Shown in pieces: positions 13,692 to 28,900 of a DNA stretch of 64,000 nt (its first letter is position 1; the number at the start of each line of letters is the position of its first letter). The notes beneath the pieces are model-generated. The model worked only from the letters and a program-made list of their open reading frames with translations, was not told the DNA's origin and made no database searches. The DNA is from Oopsacas minuta (taxonomy: Eukaryota > Animalia > Porifera), in NCBI GenBank assembly GCA_024704765.1, contig JAKMXF010000155.1, positions 706,098-770,097 on the forward strand. Direction: 5' to 3'. Position numbers and translations under genes: made by a program.

Positions 13692-16059
13692 CAGGGGTTT
13701 TGAACCTTTTTCTGACCACGACCCACTTTCCAACTTTTCAAAGCGTTCGCGCCCCACCAGATGAAGGCATAACCAAAACGTAAATTTCAAAATGTATGTA
13801 CTTAACTCGTATATATTATTCTAATGTAAATTTACTATATCTACAATACTAATAATTATCACACATGATTATTTAATGTGATTTTTGATGTTGTTTTTCA
13901 TCAACTAGCTTTTGAATTCTAGGCTGTGCTATTGCTAAGCACAGCGTAGATCTGGTTCGACATCAAGTCTATTTCTTGCCTTAGTTTTGATTACTAGCAT
14001 GCTAGAAAACGCCGCTTCACACAAATAAGTTGATGGGAATGGTATGAGTAACTTCAGGGCAATCTGTGATACTATTAGATAGCTTCCAAGCACAGAACTC
14101 CAAAAAGATGGCAAATCAACTCTTGAATATAATGTTTCTGCTCCTGAATCGTTTACAAGTTTGATGAAATCCTCCTGTGCTGCATCGTGATTATCATGAA
14201 TGCAGTCATCTATTTTGGCCAGAAAAGGATTTCGAACAAGATTAAATTTGGATTTTGTTGTTTCTGGAAAGTATCTAGAGAATTCATCTTTAAGTGATTG
14301 CAAATGCGTTACAATGTCATTTTGCAAAGCTTCGCTGATACTAATTTCGCAATCTTCAACATAGCTACAGAGGTGAGAAAACATTGTAATCCTACCACTA
14401 TTTATCTTGTTTCTCCAGAGGTCAAGCATTGCTTGAAAGGCAGAAAGTTTGTCTACAAAATCCATAATATTACTATCTTTACCTTGAAATGAGAGGTTCA
14501 GAGTATTGAGTCTTTCAAAAATATCGCAAAGATAACAAAGTCTAGTAATCCATTCGTGATTTTCGAATAAATCATCCCAATGCGTCCGCTTTTGGAGTTT
14601 TAAAAATTCTGTTGTTTCCTCCTTGAGGTCTAGAACACGTTTCAAAACATTGCCCTTTGAAAGCCATCTAACTTCAGTGTGATATAACAGATTCATATGC
14701 GCAGCATCCATTTCTAAATAAAGATTTCTGAAGAGACGAGTGTTGAGTGGGCTACTTTTAGCGAAATTGACTATTTTAATTACCTCCTGCAAGATAACAT
14801 TTAGCGAGGCTGGCAAAGTCTTCGCTGCAAGGGCTTCTCGGTGAATCATACAGTGATTTGTTATCACATCTGGGACAAACTGTCTAACGCGTGTCTGGAA
14901 CCCGGAATGGCTTCTCAACATAGAGGGAGCGCCATCTGTGCAAATAGCCCCAACCTTTTCCAATCGAGACCTTCTTTTACAAAAAAGGTGTCTACTTTGT
15001 TGAAAACATCAATTCCACGTGTTTGAGATTCAAGTGGCTGACAAAACAGGAACTCTTCTTTGAAGTTAGAATCGTGGTATAACGTACATATATCATCAGC
15101 TGAGCACAAGAAGAAACATCAGTTGACTCATCTAATTGCAAAACAAAGATGGGTGACTGTTTGATTTGCTCCACAACTTGGTTCTTAATATCCTCTGACA
15201 TTTCTTGAATTCTGCGCTGAACAGTGTTATCTGAAATTGACAGCGAACTTAGTTTTTTTACTGCATCTGCTCCAATCATTATGCGCACAATGTCTTTCGT
15301 GCAGGACAAAACTAGCTCTTCACCAATAGTATGGGGTTTCTTAGATTAGAAATACGTAGTGACACAACATATGATGCTTCAACTGCGGCTCTTATAGTGA
15401 TAGCTGTCTGTCCTGTCGTATCAAGTCTAGATTTCTTGACAGATTGAGATTGTCTTTGGAAGGAAGAAACATCTCGGTCAGAATATGTTGGATGTTCTTT
15501 CTCAAAATGTATTTTAAGCTGAAACGGCTTCATAGACTCTGCAGATAATACTTTCAGACATATCACGCATTGTGGTTTTCAATACCTTCAATTACTATAC
15601 TTGTAAATCCAAATTTCAGATAATCATCTGAGTAAGCACGCTTCGGAACACGTTTAGTTGCCATTTAAGTAAAAATACGATTAGAAAGACTTGTTAAAGT
15701 TGAAAGGCCTAGAAATGTCTTTGTATACTTCTTTGTTGTCATACAAGCCTGGACTTCATAGGTTATTGAATAAAATATTACACTTCAATATTGGAATACA
15801 TACAATTCGTGACATTACAATTCGTACCATTACAATTGGTGACATGTCACGAATTGTATGTATTCCTTCAAGATTCTATTTCTTCTATGTTATTTCATAA
15901 TCAATACAATGATGTCATATAATGACAATAGGGTTTCTAATTACGCTATGCGACACTAACCACAAATTAATAGTAATAGAATCACTGAAATTCAGTAAAA
16001 ATTCCTACCTTCTACGATCCACTGAAAAGCTCTCGCGACCCACTGGTTGAAAACCCCTG
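13692..16059 (-). mobile_element. hAT Buster/Charlie-type element (ZBED5/SCAND3-like transposase, frameshifted)
   Basis: TIRs CAGGGGTTTT(G/C)AACC and a perfect 8-bp TSD ATCTACAC (nnnTAnnn). ORFs 15312-15566, 14992-15309 (FVLQLDESTD), 14915-15109 and 13935-14963 (CTDGAPSM, HCMIHREALA, HTEVRWLSKG, FPSTYLCEAAFS). Confidence 0.97.
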
Positions 16060-18394
16060 ATCTACACAGTATTTCGGAACCGAAATGACGTCATCTGCTT
16101 GTTTAGTTAGCCATTATGCCAAAGAAATGCTCAAATGTTGTACTCCTATAATGAGATATTTACTATAGTTATCGTTTTCAAAATTTATGCAATGAAGATC
16201 TGCAGGACAAATATCAATAATTTGTGCTGATAAAGTTAACGAGTTTCAGAGTTTTAGTAGTGACCATGGCTGGTACTTTGGCCCGATAATCATCCATAAC
16301 TTGACATCCTTCAATGTTTTACCAAGCCAATACACACACATACGATATATACCTGACTTCACATATCCTAATATTAGTTTGATACTATATCTCTAATAAT
16401 TATGGGGTAATCTTGAAAAAATTATACTATATTGTTGATGACTCCGCAATTTTCTCTCGCTCGTCAAACTATTTCAATAAAGGCCATTCATTCCACCACC
16501 GCCAATACAACTTTAAAATACACTTCGCAACAACCACATGGTGACTAAGAAGTCTGACGCCTAATAGACACTAACGAATTCCCGAATTACAAACAGCTAT
16601 CTAAATAAAGCCGTAAAATGAAGATATTCGATAATTATCGATAGTTCTTTCACTAAGTCGTTACCAATCTTTCGAACAAACGCACATTAGAAAATGGTGG
16701 GTCTATTGATGTTTTAGCTTGTAGACATTTGGGTTATAGACGTTTGTACCCGCGCCTAAGTATATGCGGAATATTTAAAATGTTCACTTTGAAATGAAAG
16801 ATGCATTATTTAACATATTTTCACAGATACTGCTTATTAGACACATTTTCCACATTCCTGATTTATTTTAGCACATAATGCTTGATACGTTACTGTTTTA
16901 CTAATATATATTACATATATTCCGAAAATATAGAAAATACATGCACATACTTCCGTCGAACACGTAAATCCCTAGTCCAAATCCTAAAGTGGGTAGGACA
17001 TTTGTATAATATGGTATTTATATATTAATTTTGTTCCCGTGGGGTACTTCTTATCAGAGTCCTGATGTATGTTTTGGAGGATCTGAGATCGAAGTATATT
17101 CCATTTGCATACGATGTTAGGAAACGAATTACGCTTTACGGACAAGGAATTGCCTATAGTCGTAGTTACAGCAGTGGCTGGGTTTGTACATGTCGTTTTT
17201 CAAAGGTTTAGTGACCAAAATTCCCTTACTTATGGCCTCCTTCCCTTCCTATTACTCTTTTTGACAGTTTTATAATTCATAAAGAATGCTCCCGTCAGAC
17301 TTTGCATATTTACCCCCTACCCTTGTTACCGATGCTCTAAGATTGAACGGCAATAGGTTGCGCGCCCTTGTACAGGGGCACGTGACCTAGTAGGCAAACA
17401 ACATAAATTTATGGATATTCTGCCATTTTGTACCCATATTTTGGTATTAACCCTTGATTCCCTCGCCATTTCGAGGATAGGGGGTATACAATAGTTTTAC
17501 AGTCTTAATCAAAAACATGGTCCGTAGGAGTGTCTCCGATTGTTCAGGTTCAACAGGACCCACAGTTGGTTTGCTAACACAAATGGTATTTGTAAATAGG
17601 ATTTTCTTTTTGTTGTTCTAAATAATTTTGTATACCTCAACCTCACCAATAGTAAACTGCTTGCTACATGCCTTGAAATAATTGTTCGTATAGGACTGGC
17701 ATCATGTGGATTCAATATCAAAATATTTCTACATCAATTGGCATAGTTGTACTTTTACTCCCGGAATTTGGGGGTACCGACTGTTTAAGCAAAAGTTGGG
17801 ATATTTACAATCTCACGCTATCCTTCTATCTCCAATATTTCGGTCATTCAACATGCATCTTTCTTTATATTATCTCTTATATCTACAGTCGCTTACTAAA
17901 AGTATTCGCACAACAGCCTACAATGTCGTTGAAACTAGTACTAAACTCAGACAAATATTTAGCAGCCAAGTATTGAATTTAACGAGATACTGCAATTTTT
18001 GATTTCACTTCCTATTTAACATAATTATCCATTGCAAAACTTTTAATCTCTAATAGCTACCTCACAAGGTGATATTTATACTTCATTGCTACCTTGTCCC
18101 ATTTGTTCCCATCTTATATCATAGTGGCAATTGAAAAAGTGGTTCACTGTGACACTCGACAATATTTCACAAGTAATTGATATCTAATTAAGTTGAAATG
18201 TTCTACAATAACAATAGTATAATCTAAAGCGTAGAATATGTCTCTCAATTCAAAATTGTAATATCTGCGTGCAATTCTGGTGCATTCCGGAAGATTATTG
18301 GTTCTGGTATTTTCAATGTGATCTTGTGGGCATACGCATACTTTTGGTAGGGAGTGTATACTATCAATACGCAGCTAATCTGTATCTATGTTGT

Positions 18395-18892
18395 ATGCAA
18401 ATATATGTTTGTAAGTCCAGAATTGATTTAAGAAACTAAGACCTCCAGGGGCTGATTTCTGGCATGCAGGTATATTTTGGACTGCCCCGGACAATTTCTA
18501 GTTTCGGACAAACTTTCGTACCTATAATGAAATTATGACGTAATTGTCACAGCTTTATCTTCAAAAATCATATTATTTTCCAATTCTCAGCCCCTATAAA
18601 TGATAGATGCTTTCGAAAATTTTGAATTTCCAAATGGCATCAGTTGCTTAATTACATTAACTCTAGCTACACACACCATCAGTGTCACTAGAAATGCCAT
18701 TCATTGATATCTGCATGAACCATGGATAGTCATTTCTTAAAATTTCCGCTAAATTCCAACTCGATTCACATAGTGCCATATATATTCGTGCACGTTGCAA
18801 CCCAAAGTACTGAGAAATTTAGCAGTTTCACACATTGTCTAAAACAAAGGGGCAAACCTGTCACGTAGCAACTTAGCAAGCGATGCGCGCTT
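18395..18892 (+). mobile_element. Helitron-like non-autonomous family B, copy 1 (boundaries approximate)
   Basis: Collinear similarity by eye to the reverse complement of 21816-22440, e.g. GGACAATTT..AGT.T.GGAC, GAAATTATGAC, CCATGGATA...TTCTTAAAATTTC.GCTA and TAGCAAG.GA.GCGC. Confidence 0.6.
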
Positions 18893-18960
18893 TGAATATA
18901 TGCATTTTGAACATTAATTGATTTTAAGTATAGAATTATTCTACAGTACAAGTTAACAAA

Positions 18961-19300
18961 TCTATATTATTTAATTGCCATTATTTTCTGTCTCTCTGTC
19001 AGCCTGTCTGCCTGTATGTACGTTGTTAGGGAACGGATTTAATGTACCCTATATTGCAAGGTTTTTTGACTTGTAGCCAGACACAATTCTACAGTTCTTA
19101 GAATTATGGACAGTTCTTAACTTAATTTTACTTATATAAGACAGAGCTGAAACTCAAAATAATGACGAAATAGACTATCCATTATTTCAGTTGGAACTCA
19201 AGAACCAGTCAATTTAACAAAAGTTTAGTATTTTATATAAGAATATACTTATTTAGATCATTTCAAATGTGGAATTTGTGATTCGGCATATCTTGTTTGT
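18961..19300 (+). mobile_element. 5' part of a Helitron-like element related to 12330-12706 (3' end not found)
   Basis: A|TCTATATTATTTAA + (CTGT)n-like repeats + GTTGTTAGGGAA, versus GTTGCTAAGGAA in the 12330 copy. Confidence 0.4.
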
Positions 19301-21270
19301 GAAAATTGATCATAGCTACCAGTAACTCCTATTATAATGAGTTATTAGTAAATCCAATTATCTACAATGTATCTCTTATTTATCCTTGATCCAGAAAATA
19401 ATTGTTGTTCATAAATTACGTCGTTCATGCATAAACGTATTTCGCCAGAATTTCTCCATGATTGAATATTCTTATATAATGAGATCAAACAAGATTTGGA
19501 AATGGATCCTGAGATATGTTGTCCAGTGGCATTCACAGGGAGGCATCAAGGCACAAACGTATAAAGTTTCCGTGGGTAGTATCTCTTAGAATTTCTTCTT
19601 TTTATCCCTAGAATCGCAGTTTATTGTATTCCTAGTATACAGGTCAAAATCTAAGCTTATGCAGCGCATCTACTTACACATAGTCATATATATTTATCCT
19701 CAATGATTATTTTGTCCGAACATAATTTTGGAGATGTTAAGAACTAGAATATTATTGCAGATTGCTACAAATTATGGACCATAACCAGACCGGACCGACC
19801 AAGGTGGGACCAAGCAAAGACTGAACTGGACTAGCATATGATAGTTTTTTGGTTCTTATCTGATTTATTTGTATTTCTAACACCAGTTGCGCTTTACTTT
19901 TATTTAATAACCCAATTTATAACAGTAACTACTATATTTGGTTTTATATAATCTCTTAAGCTTCCCATCATTATTTCATGCCGCTAGTAGAGACGCATCG
20001 TTCAGAACGGATCTGACCGTACAACCCTACTGGAATCTTAAAATTTGGAAATTAGAAATAATAAATCTAGTACCATTAACAAAGAACTAATGTATATCTC
20101 GACAAATCCTTATATCTTGTGATCATGTGACCTATCCGATTTGAGGTTAACAATTATTAGAATATAGCCATCAGGTTCTCAACCCTGGCCCGCGATTATG
20201 TTAAAATGGCGCGTAATGAACTCTGTGTTCAACAGACAATGGCAATATTTCCAATTAGTTTCACTCTTCTCAGCGTTGCATATTTGTTCTGGAGTTACCT
20301 AGTTCCATTCTTATCATTGGAAATCGGTTGACTGTTAAAACTATCACATGTATCCGTTTGGGGAAATCAACCGACTTCAAACTGTGTAGAATATCGTTTA
20401 TCCCATGAAAACGTGTAGTCAGTCATTATTCATCAAACTCATAAGATGTTGGTTATATCGACTGTTAAAAAGGTGGGTAAACAGGGTGGCACAATCTACT
20501 GTTTACTACAGGCAGGTTTGTTTACGGACATTTCACCTACCAAAAATTTAATTAATAAATATTATGCTATGTTTATATGTTATATTCTCTATACTACTAG
20601 GATACAACATTGATTAAATTGGTATGGAGGTAAAGTAGTATTTTACACACTTGAAATCATAGTAGTTAAAGGTTGCGACTCCTTGCACCACCACACTGCA
20701 TACCCCCTGCTTTTCAAATTTTCATATTTGAAATCGTGTTCAGATCATTTAAAGGGTCGAAATGTGTATAAACAAACTCAGCTGTCCTAGCGGCGTCGTA
20801 CAAGTCCCTTGATAGGGTTGAGGCAAATTTTGAGCAAGAAACTGTGCTACATTCTTGGGACATTCATGTATTGCTAGGGAAAATATATTCGAGTGATCAC
20901 GTGAATGATGTCAAATCTTTCACTGAATACGAGCATCCCTCAAAATTCGTTTCTATTAGAACTGGATGAATATATTCTTTTTACCCAACTACTAATTGTC
21001 AATAAATATTATTTTTCCAAATATTATATGTACAGACTTGCTTCAGCGGCTAGAATGGGGTAACAAAGTATGTTGAGTCCGAGTTTTGCATTGACAAGTT
21101 TCTTATTTGTGTCCTTTGTTTGATATTGTTTTAAATTTGATATCTAATACTTTTCATAAAATTGTGAAATTTCGAAATCATTATTCAATTATACAATGCT
21201 TAATTAGATGCACAAAGTGCCGGTCCCATGCTAATATAGTGTGTTCGCATGTCAGGCATCATAGTATTAG

Positions 21271-21641
<371 letters not shown>

Positions 21642-21815
21642 TACTTCCTTAACCACAGTAGGGCCCGCTACAGGATAGATGGTAAACCTGCTAAGAATTC
21701 TCCACGGTCCCCGAAATATATCATACTTTGTATTACAAATTGCCATAGTTCGCAATTGTTCTAAATTTATTTTGGTATCCTTCTCCACCTAAAGGCCTCG
21801 AGTGATAATATATAA

Positions 21816-22440
21816 CTAGGGCGCTTCACTTGCTAGGTCGCTGCATGACAGCTTAGGGCCTCAGGTTAGATTGATTATTCAACTGATAAATTTCTTAGTT
21901 CTTTCGGTCGCTACGCGAAAGGAAAATCTCGACACTTCGTGAATCGGCTTTATAATCTAGCAGAAATTTTAAGATTTTATTATCCATGGTCCATCAAATT
22001 ACATTAAATGGCCTAATGGGATGACACTCAGCTCTTACATGGCTTTAGGTTAGTAATCTGCCTACTTCGTGTCTCGAATATTATGAAATGGTCAATAATG
22101 TCAAAATTTGGAGAATTTGATTTCTGTACAGTCAAGATGACGTAATAATCCCACGAAGAATTCGTATTTGGCCTAGATCATGACTTCAGAACCTGTGGCA
22201 TGTTTAGCAGTACCTGTGATTCACATTTTAAACTCAAAACTTTTTGAGAAGTGGTTGATGATGTGATTTTTGGAAATCCAAAAGGGTGACAATGGAGTCA
22301 TAATTTCGTCATAGGTGCGAATTTTGGTCCAAGACTCAAAATTGTCCGAGCCCTGCTTAAAATACCCATTATACCAAAAATTGGCCCTGTGGGCCTTCCG
22401 ATTTCTCCAATCACTTTTGAACATACAAACATTTATATAT
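21816..22440 (-). mobile_element. Helitron-like non-autonomous family B, copy 2
   Basis: Minus-strand 3' end ...GCGACCTAGCAAGTGAAGCGCCCTAG|T (CTAG then T). Homologous to 18395-18892 and 29725-29925. 5' end approximate. Confidence 0.6.
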
Positions 22441-22480
22441 TCACTTACTTTGAGATTAATTGCGTTTTAATGGTATAGAT

Positions 22481-24735
22481 TAGGGGTTTCCAATCTTTCT
22501 AACATTGAGCCACATTCCAACTTTATTTCACATGAAGTTCCGATGAATACATGTGAACTGATTTTTTGCAATTTTAAATGAAACTTTATGTATACCTATA
22601 TATAACTATCCTCTTGCAATTTAATTACATTTTTCGCATTGTATATGCTTGCACAAGTGTTCAATGTCTGCCGGTACCCTTGATGTAGTAATATGAAGTA
22701 TTCCGGTAAATTTTCGCTTGTCAATTTAGATCTCGTATTTGTTTTAACGTTTTTCATTCTAGAAAAAACTGTTCCCAGCAGTATGTACTGCCTAGCAGTG
22801 CAATGATACGAAGCGCAGACTGTGAGATATTTGGGAGGATGCTGAGGTAACATATTTATGATAAAATGTTTGGAGATCATGTTCAGCGAAAGCCCTTTCA
22901 AATCACTGTCACTTTGAATGTCAATTAGTTGCAATTGGAATATGGCATGTGTATCATTTACACATCCTAAATGAAACTGAAAACAGTTTGAGTTCATCAC
23001 AGTGTTCCCAGAAATTCGCAAACCTTATTCAAATTCATTTCTTAGAAATGTGATGAGACCAGAATACATTTCATACCTCACTATCGTCCAATCACTGGTA
23101 GACAGAGTTGTGAAATGTACAACTTTCTTGTTAACCACTGTATATGAATCATTTCTGATTTTTGGATGACTGCTTGTACAAGTTTGTACAGTTTGTGGAC
23201 ACATTGCTCCATTCCTTTAAGCTTTGCATTAATTTCCGCAAGATACTTGGTGATATCAACTAGCAATGCAAAGTCATTCAACCATTGATAATATTCCATA
23301 AAGCTTGCCTCCTTTTGTTTGCCCTTCATAAATAATTTGATTTCTTCAGGTAGGGAAAAGAATCTGGCAAGAGTGGCCGCTGTGCTCAAACAACGAACAT
23401 GGCTGAATTGAATGACATCGTCGTGGCCAGATCCTACTTCTGTGATTAAGGCCTGAAGTTTTCTGTGATTGAGTGCCTCAGATCTAATGTTTTTGACGCT
23501 AGAAACCACTTTTTCCATCACATGTTTCAATTCCAGGGTTTTTGTACACAGGTGTTTTTGCCGAATGATGCAATGATGAGTAATGACTTCATGAGATAGA
23601 TATTTAAGCATTCGACTAGTGAATCCTTTATTCTTTTCTATCATCGCAGGGGCTCCCTCAGTTGTTATGCCACAAATTTTGTCCCGACTTAAATTGAAAT
23701 TCATCGTTACATGTTTTTCTTCCTCGAAAATGTCTTATCCTGTTGTTTGCCTTCATCGGACATTGGTTGAGCAATTCTTAAACGACTTCAAAACCTTTAG
23801 TCACTATTCTTATAAATATTACAAGTTGAGCTGTATCGCACACATCTGTGCATTCATCAATAGCTAGACTGTAAAATTTTACAGACACTTACTCTCTTGA
23901 TCAATGTATTTTTTGAATATTGCTTGCTAGGTTGTCCACTCTTCTATCAACGGTCTGAGATGAAAGGCTTGTTTTCTTTACCATAGACTTTTTGACAGAT
24001 GTAAATATGTCCAAACAGCCTCTCAAAAATTCTCTATCAGATAATGGTTCCCTTTCTTCGTTATTGCTTCTGTTATTGAAAACCTGACCGTGCTAGCTGC
24101 CTCAGGACTTCATCTTGCAGCTTTGCAAAGTGATTGCTGACTGATCATGTTCTGTTCAGCGAATTGACTCGGTCAATTCTCATCTGACCGTTGAGCATGT
24201 CTTGTAGAATTATGTCACCTGACATTGTATTCATTGAAAACAGCTATTTTCACTTGACATATCATGCACAATATGACCTCATTGTGCTCGATTACATAAT
24301 AATCATTAGTCCAAGATCTTTTTAAATGTCGACATTCTCCATCAATTTCTTTTCTTTTCGGAGTAGCCATCTTTGTTTTAGTTAGGGAATATATCACGGG
24401 TATGAAATATATATTATTATGTTGAGGTATTTATGCTAACATCAATATGTTTAAAATCATATAAATGAGTGTTGAATAAACAAACTTGCCGTTTTAAAGA
24501 TGGCAAATGTGTACAAAGATACCGCGATGTGTCTGGGCAAAATTCTGAGGTGAAACTGGGTAACATACAAATTGATCAACATTATGTATTTGACAAAAAA
24601 ATTGGATATTAACTAGCAAGGAAGTGATTCCTTTTAGTTTGTAGTCATTTTTGTAATGGCAGTAATGATCTACTTTCGTTATACAAGGCAGGCGAGCCTG
24701 ACTCTGGCCCAAAGGGTCGTGAATAGAAACTACTG
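22481..24735 (-). mobile_element. hAT Buster-type element (GTF2IRD2/EPM2AIP1-like transposase, decayed)
   Basis: Perfect 8-bp TSD GTATAGAT on both sides; degenerate TIRs TAGGGGTTTC / CAGTAGTTTC. ATG at 24370 MATPKRK..., LCMIC zinc finger, GITTEGAPAM, HHCIIRQKHLC, FSHVRCLS. Confidence 0.93.
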
Positions 24736-25379
24736 GTATAGATAATTGAGGTATACAAAGTACTATACACATATCCATTAGGTACTATGCGTTATCCATT
24801 ATGTTAGGTCAGGTGCCAGATGCGGCCAAGACGCCCCACTTTTATTATCATACTACCACTTTCTATTGGCTTCCGACGTTCCTGATTAGGTATAGTGTAG
24901 TCTAGTCCACATGTGTATTAATTAATTAATATATTTCATAATTCTTTATCATTAGCAACTCTTAATCCATAATTTCATATTTTTTTCATCATGATGTTTG
25001 TTGCCTGAGCTTATAATTCTATGTTTCTTACATCTGAGTAATCAATATATTTATTATTGAATATATGTAATGCTTGCATATGTTTGTCCCGAATTCGAGA
25101 ATATTCTTTTAGTAAGGATTCATGTGTCCATAGTAAGTGTGCATTTTACAGATTGAGTTATTAAACTACTTTTCCGATCCCAGTTATTCCACTGAAGTAT
25201 TATTCTAGCAGTCTAACTGAATAGTTTCTTGCTATAATTTGTACGAATTATCTTTAATGCTTCGTATTACCAAGGGCAATGCTAGGGAGCATTTAGCTAA
25301 TGCGATTGTAGCGTTTACGATGGTAATGGAAGAATCTGTAGAGGTTGTCTAGTCCTGGAGGGGACAATTATCAGTTTTG

Positions 25380-26110
25380 GGAAGCGATACTTACTTGTAG
25401 CATGTTGCTCAAACTAAAGAACAAATTTTGCGAAGCTTAACATTTGAACGCTCTGTGCTCGGAGACTTGTTCTGGATCATTATAAAGAAACTGAGATGAT
25501 GGACCTGATGAAACGAGATCCACCTACACACAATGATTATATCATGGGAAATTCAAATTATGAAAGTAAGTTTCCTATTTTCTTTACCCTTGGTTTTGTA
25601 AACCAATCTAAATTGCTTTTCTATGTGCACAAAGAATATACTGCTTGTTGAAACAAATTGGTGTGTAATACTTAAGTAAGTAGTACTTTGGTTATACATA
25701 TATCATGTATTTATTGTATGAATAACCATGTAATTTTTGGTGAGTGATCGACGTCCAATATTTTGGCCAAAGGAAACTCAATATCCCAATTGCTCAGGCC
25801 TTCAAAGAATATGAGCAGAACTACTTTGCTATCGGTCATCAAATCGATGCGCGAAACTTTTCTCCAGATCTATCTGATAGTTTTAGAGACATTCTACCTA
25901 TACATTTATCACCGGGAGATTCTTTAGATTCAGACTCTGGCAACGAAACTATATATGGTCCAACTTATGAATAATATCCTTCCTCTAGGAATTTTGATGC
26001 ACAAATATCGCGAAATACTTCTTCTAATGAATGACCATCGTCTCCACTATATCTTCGGAAATCGATCCATTCAACACCAATTCCCAAATCAGAACAGCAA
26101 CTCGATCACT
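25380..26110 (+). pseudogene. Decayed exon-like sequence of an unidentified gene, truncated by the Foldback/MULE insertion
   Basis: Protein-like stretch LVLDHYKETEMMDLMKRDPPTHNDYIMGNSNYE ends near a GTAAGT donor (~25566). ORF 25744-25974 reads through occasional stops up to the TIR. No family recognised. Confidence 0.25.
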
Positions 26111-27599
26111 CACGAGTGTGAAGTTAGCCTAGTATTCGACCACGTAAACTTCAATCACTAATTTTATTAACCTATACACCTCTAATTAAACGTAAGTGGT
26201 GTCATTCGATATAGAATTGTTGGACGTTTTAGGCAATATTAATAGTTTTCAAATATTTACTTTACTCACTAGTTTTTGTAATAGTGAGTATGTGTACTAC
26301 TTCATTCGAAATTTCGGTATAAATTTTGAATTTGATTCTGGAATTTGTTTCCAATATTTCGTACATATGGACGTTTATGTATATTAAAATTCATTCCAAA
26401 ATTCTTACAACTCGCTGGGCTATCAGATTTTAAAGTTGAAGTTGGAAGTGAGAATTGGGAGGGTTAGATTATATTATCCATGAAGTAGGGTCAGTTCAAA
26501 CTGTTGTTCCTTAACCTATACCAAATTGATTCTAAATATTTAATGCTTATCAATAGATGAGATGTGAACGTTTCCCGGATATACATATTATCGTGAAATA
26601 CCAAAAAATTAGCACCCTCAACAGCATTCTAATCATCATTAAATTCAGAGTTTTTTGTGTATTACGAACTCCAACTTTGAAGACAATTTTCTAAATTATC
26701 TACCGCCAGAATCGCCTTAAACTTTACAAGCAACCTCTATCGTATTCTATAATTGACTTTCTTAAAGAAAAACAGGGGTCACTATTCGTTTTATTCCTTT
26801 TTATCATTTTGAAGTTATCCATTATTTAACAATTTCTTTGGTCTTTACAATGCTCCATAGCTGCTGTACAGACCATCTGTGTTATCTTGTAAGTATGTAC
26901 ACAGTGGCTGTGATCATACGTGCAACAGGTGTGAATATTTCAAACTGATATTTCATATTCAAAATGAAACTGAATCTGTATTATTAGTACAATTGAAAGA
27001 AGAAATGGGACGGTTATTGCAATAGTGATATTCTCGCGTATTACTATATTTAACACTCACAACGGTGTTCTAAAAATCCTCGGTTTGTGGTGTATTCTGT
27101 TTCTTAAAATGAATTCCAATTTATAAATCCATGATAAGGATAATTATAGCCAGGATTTCTTAAAACCTTATATAGCAACCTTCTTTGGTGTACTGTAATT
27201 CGATCCTCGATAGAAGATTACGATGGCTAGTCATTTTATACCTCTATATTCTTAAATTTACTTACTTTACTACAAAAATTGTATTTGTAATCCATACTCT
27301 GCCAAACCAAACTATAATTCTTTCTCCCTAAATGATTTGTGACATCATTGCTATTTCCAATTTCAAGTGTTTGATGCTACATTGTTTATTTCCATTTTGC
27401 GTGGCATACGAAGTACGAAATATGCTTTAGACAATATCATTAACTGCTTCATCATTAATGAAATTATTTTGAACTTCAGCTTGTGTTTTTTCATCATTTG
27501 CTTTTTTGTATTTTGAAACTTCTTTCTCTTGCTTTGCACCTTCTTTTATTCGCGATCCTATTGTGAATATCATGATTGCTATTCTATTATGGTGTGCTC

Positions 27600-28900
27600 G
27601 CAATGGTATGCACTCTCTCTGCGAATCTCCCAATAATTCTGGATCATCCCTGATTATCCTGTTTCGGCTAAGTTCCGTATTTTGTATAAGATCCGTTTAT
27701 AATACTATGTACATTGCTAAACAAATCCAACTCTTTGAATTTTCCTGAACCATGCTGTAGTTTTAAATTTAGACGCTACTGGTTCCCTTATTAGCAAACA
27801 TCCTTCTTGTTCAAACTAAATATTTTATTACTCTCTGACAATGCAACATCCCCAGTATTCTGCCATTTCGATACCAGTTGTAGAGATGACTAGCAGTGAT
27901 CATAGCACTGCTGAAATCTTACATTTCTTAAACAAATGGTGTTTAAGTACAAAACTAGGTATTAATAGGAAATTACAAATTAATAATGTGGAAATGGATT
28001 ATAGCTGGACGATGACATAAAGTACTTGTTTAGCATTTAATTGTTACTATTCTGAATGCCTCCAAAATTGCGGAGATTTGTAATTAATAGTGAACATTTA
28101 AATATACCGGCTATGCTACATCTGTTCTGCTCATGTAATGCACTGGGTTAGTTATAATTAGACAAACATTTCAAATAGATAAAACATAAAATGAATAATT
28201 TTGTATGTATTTGATCACATCTTGAACATTAATAATATTCATGAAATTGACTATCTATTCGAATTATTTTTTATGTTTGTGTTCAGAAACACAATTTGTG
28301 TTCTTCGAAATATAGTAGTTGAATTTGGACAGTGTATTAAGAGTTAGAGTGTATTTAGTATTGAATCCCCGAAGATTTCCAGGACGGTGATTTTGCTAAA
28401 GAAAATGGCTTAACTTATAGATAGAAGTCACTATTCTGTAAGCATTTTGAACAAATTTATAATACTACTCTACTTATCATAATAAATAATGTAAGTGTGA
28501 TTAAATTAATATTTGTTATCATCCTCAAATAATAGAGTTTGTTTTAACATGTTACATGCCATTATAAGAAATTATATTCCATCTAAGATGCTGCATGTTC
28601 CCGGAGATTGAAACTCTTTATTTTCTTCTCTCTCATATTGTGTCACAGATAGTATTGACAATTTCATGAAATGCGTTCCTTAATTGTAGAAAATATGATT
28701 AGAAAATATGATTGGAAATTTGAACGAAGAGTGTAGTAGGTTTATTTGTAACAAATTTCGACGATCTGTAATTAATTATAGGAATGTTAACGGCTACATA
28801 ATTTAATCCAAAATACACAATTACTAAACATTGGGGACTGATGTTGAGTTATTCGCATCAACACATGTTACAAATGGATATTTGGGTAATATACGGATGG
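27600..28900 (+). pseudogene. NOF-like MULE transposase relic
   Basis: DATGS (first catalytic D, ~27772), MDYSW (second D) and CSAH (C2H motif), read by hand across stops. Extent approximate. Confidence 0.7.

Noticed and set aside
17500-18002. TLDc-like FTIGEVEVY (minus strand) and hAT-dimerisation-like text (plus strand)
   Set aside because: Short, stop-ridden, single-motif resemblances that I could not extend.
20171-20690. hAT-like MITE (CAGGTTCTCAACC...GGTTGCGACTCCTTG)
   Set aside because: The ends are degenerate and no 8-bp TSD was found.
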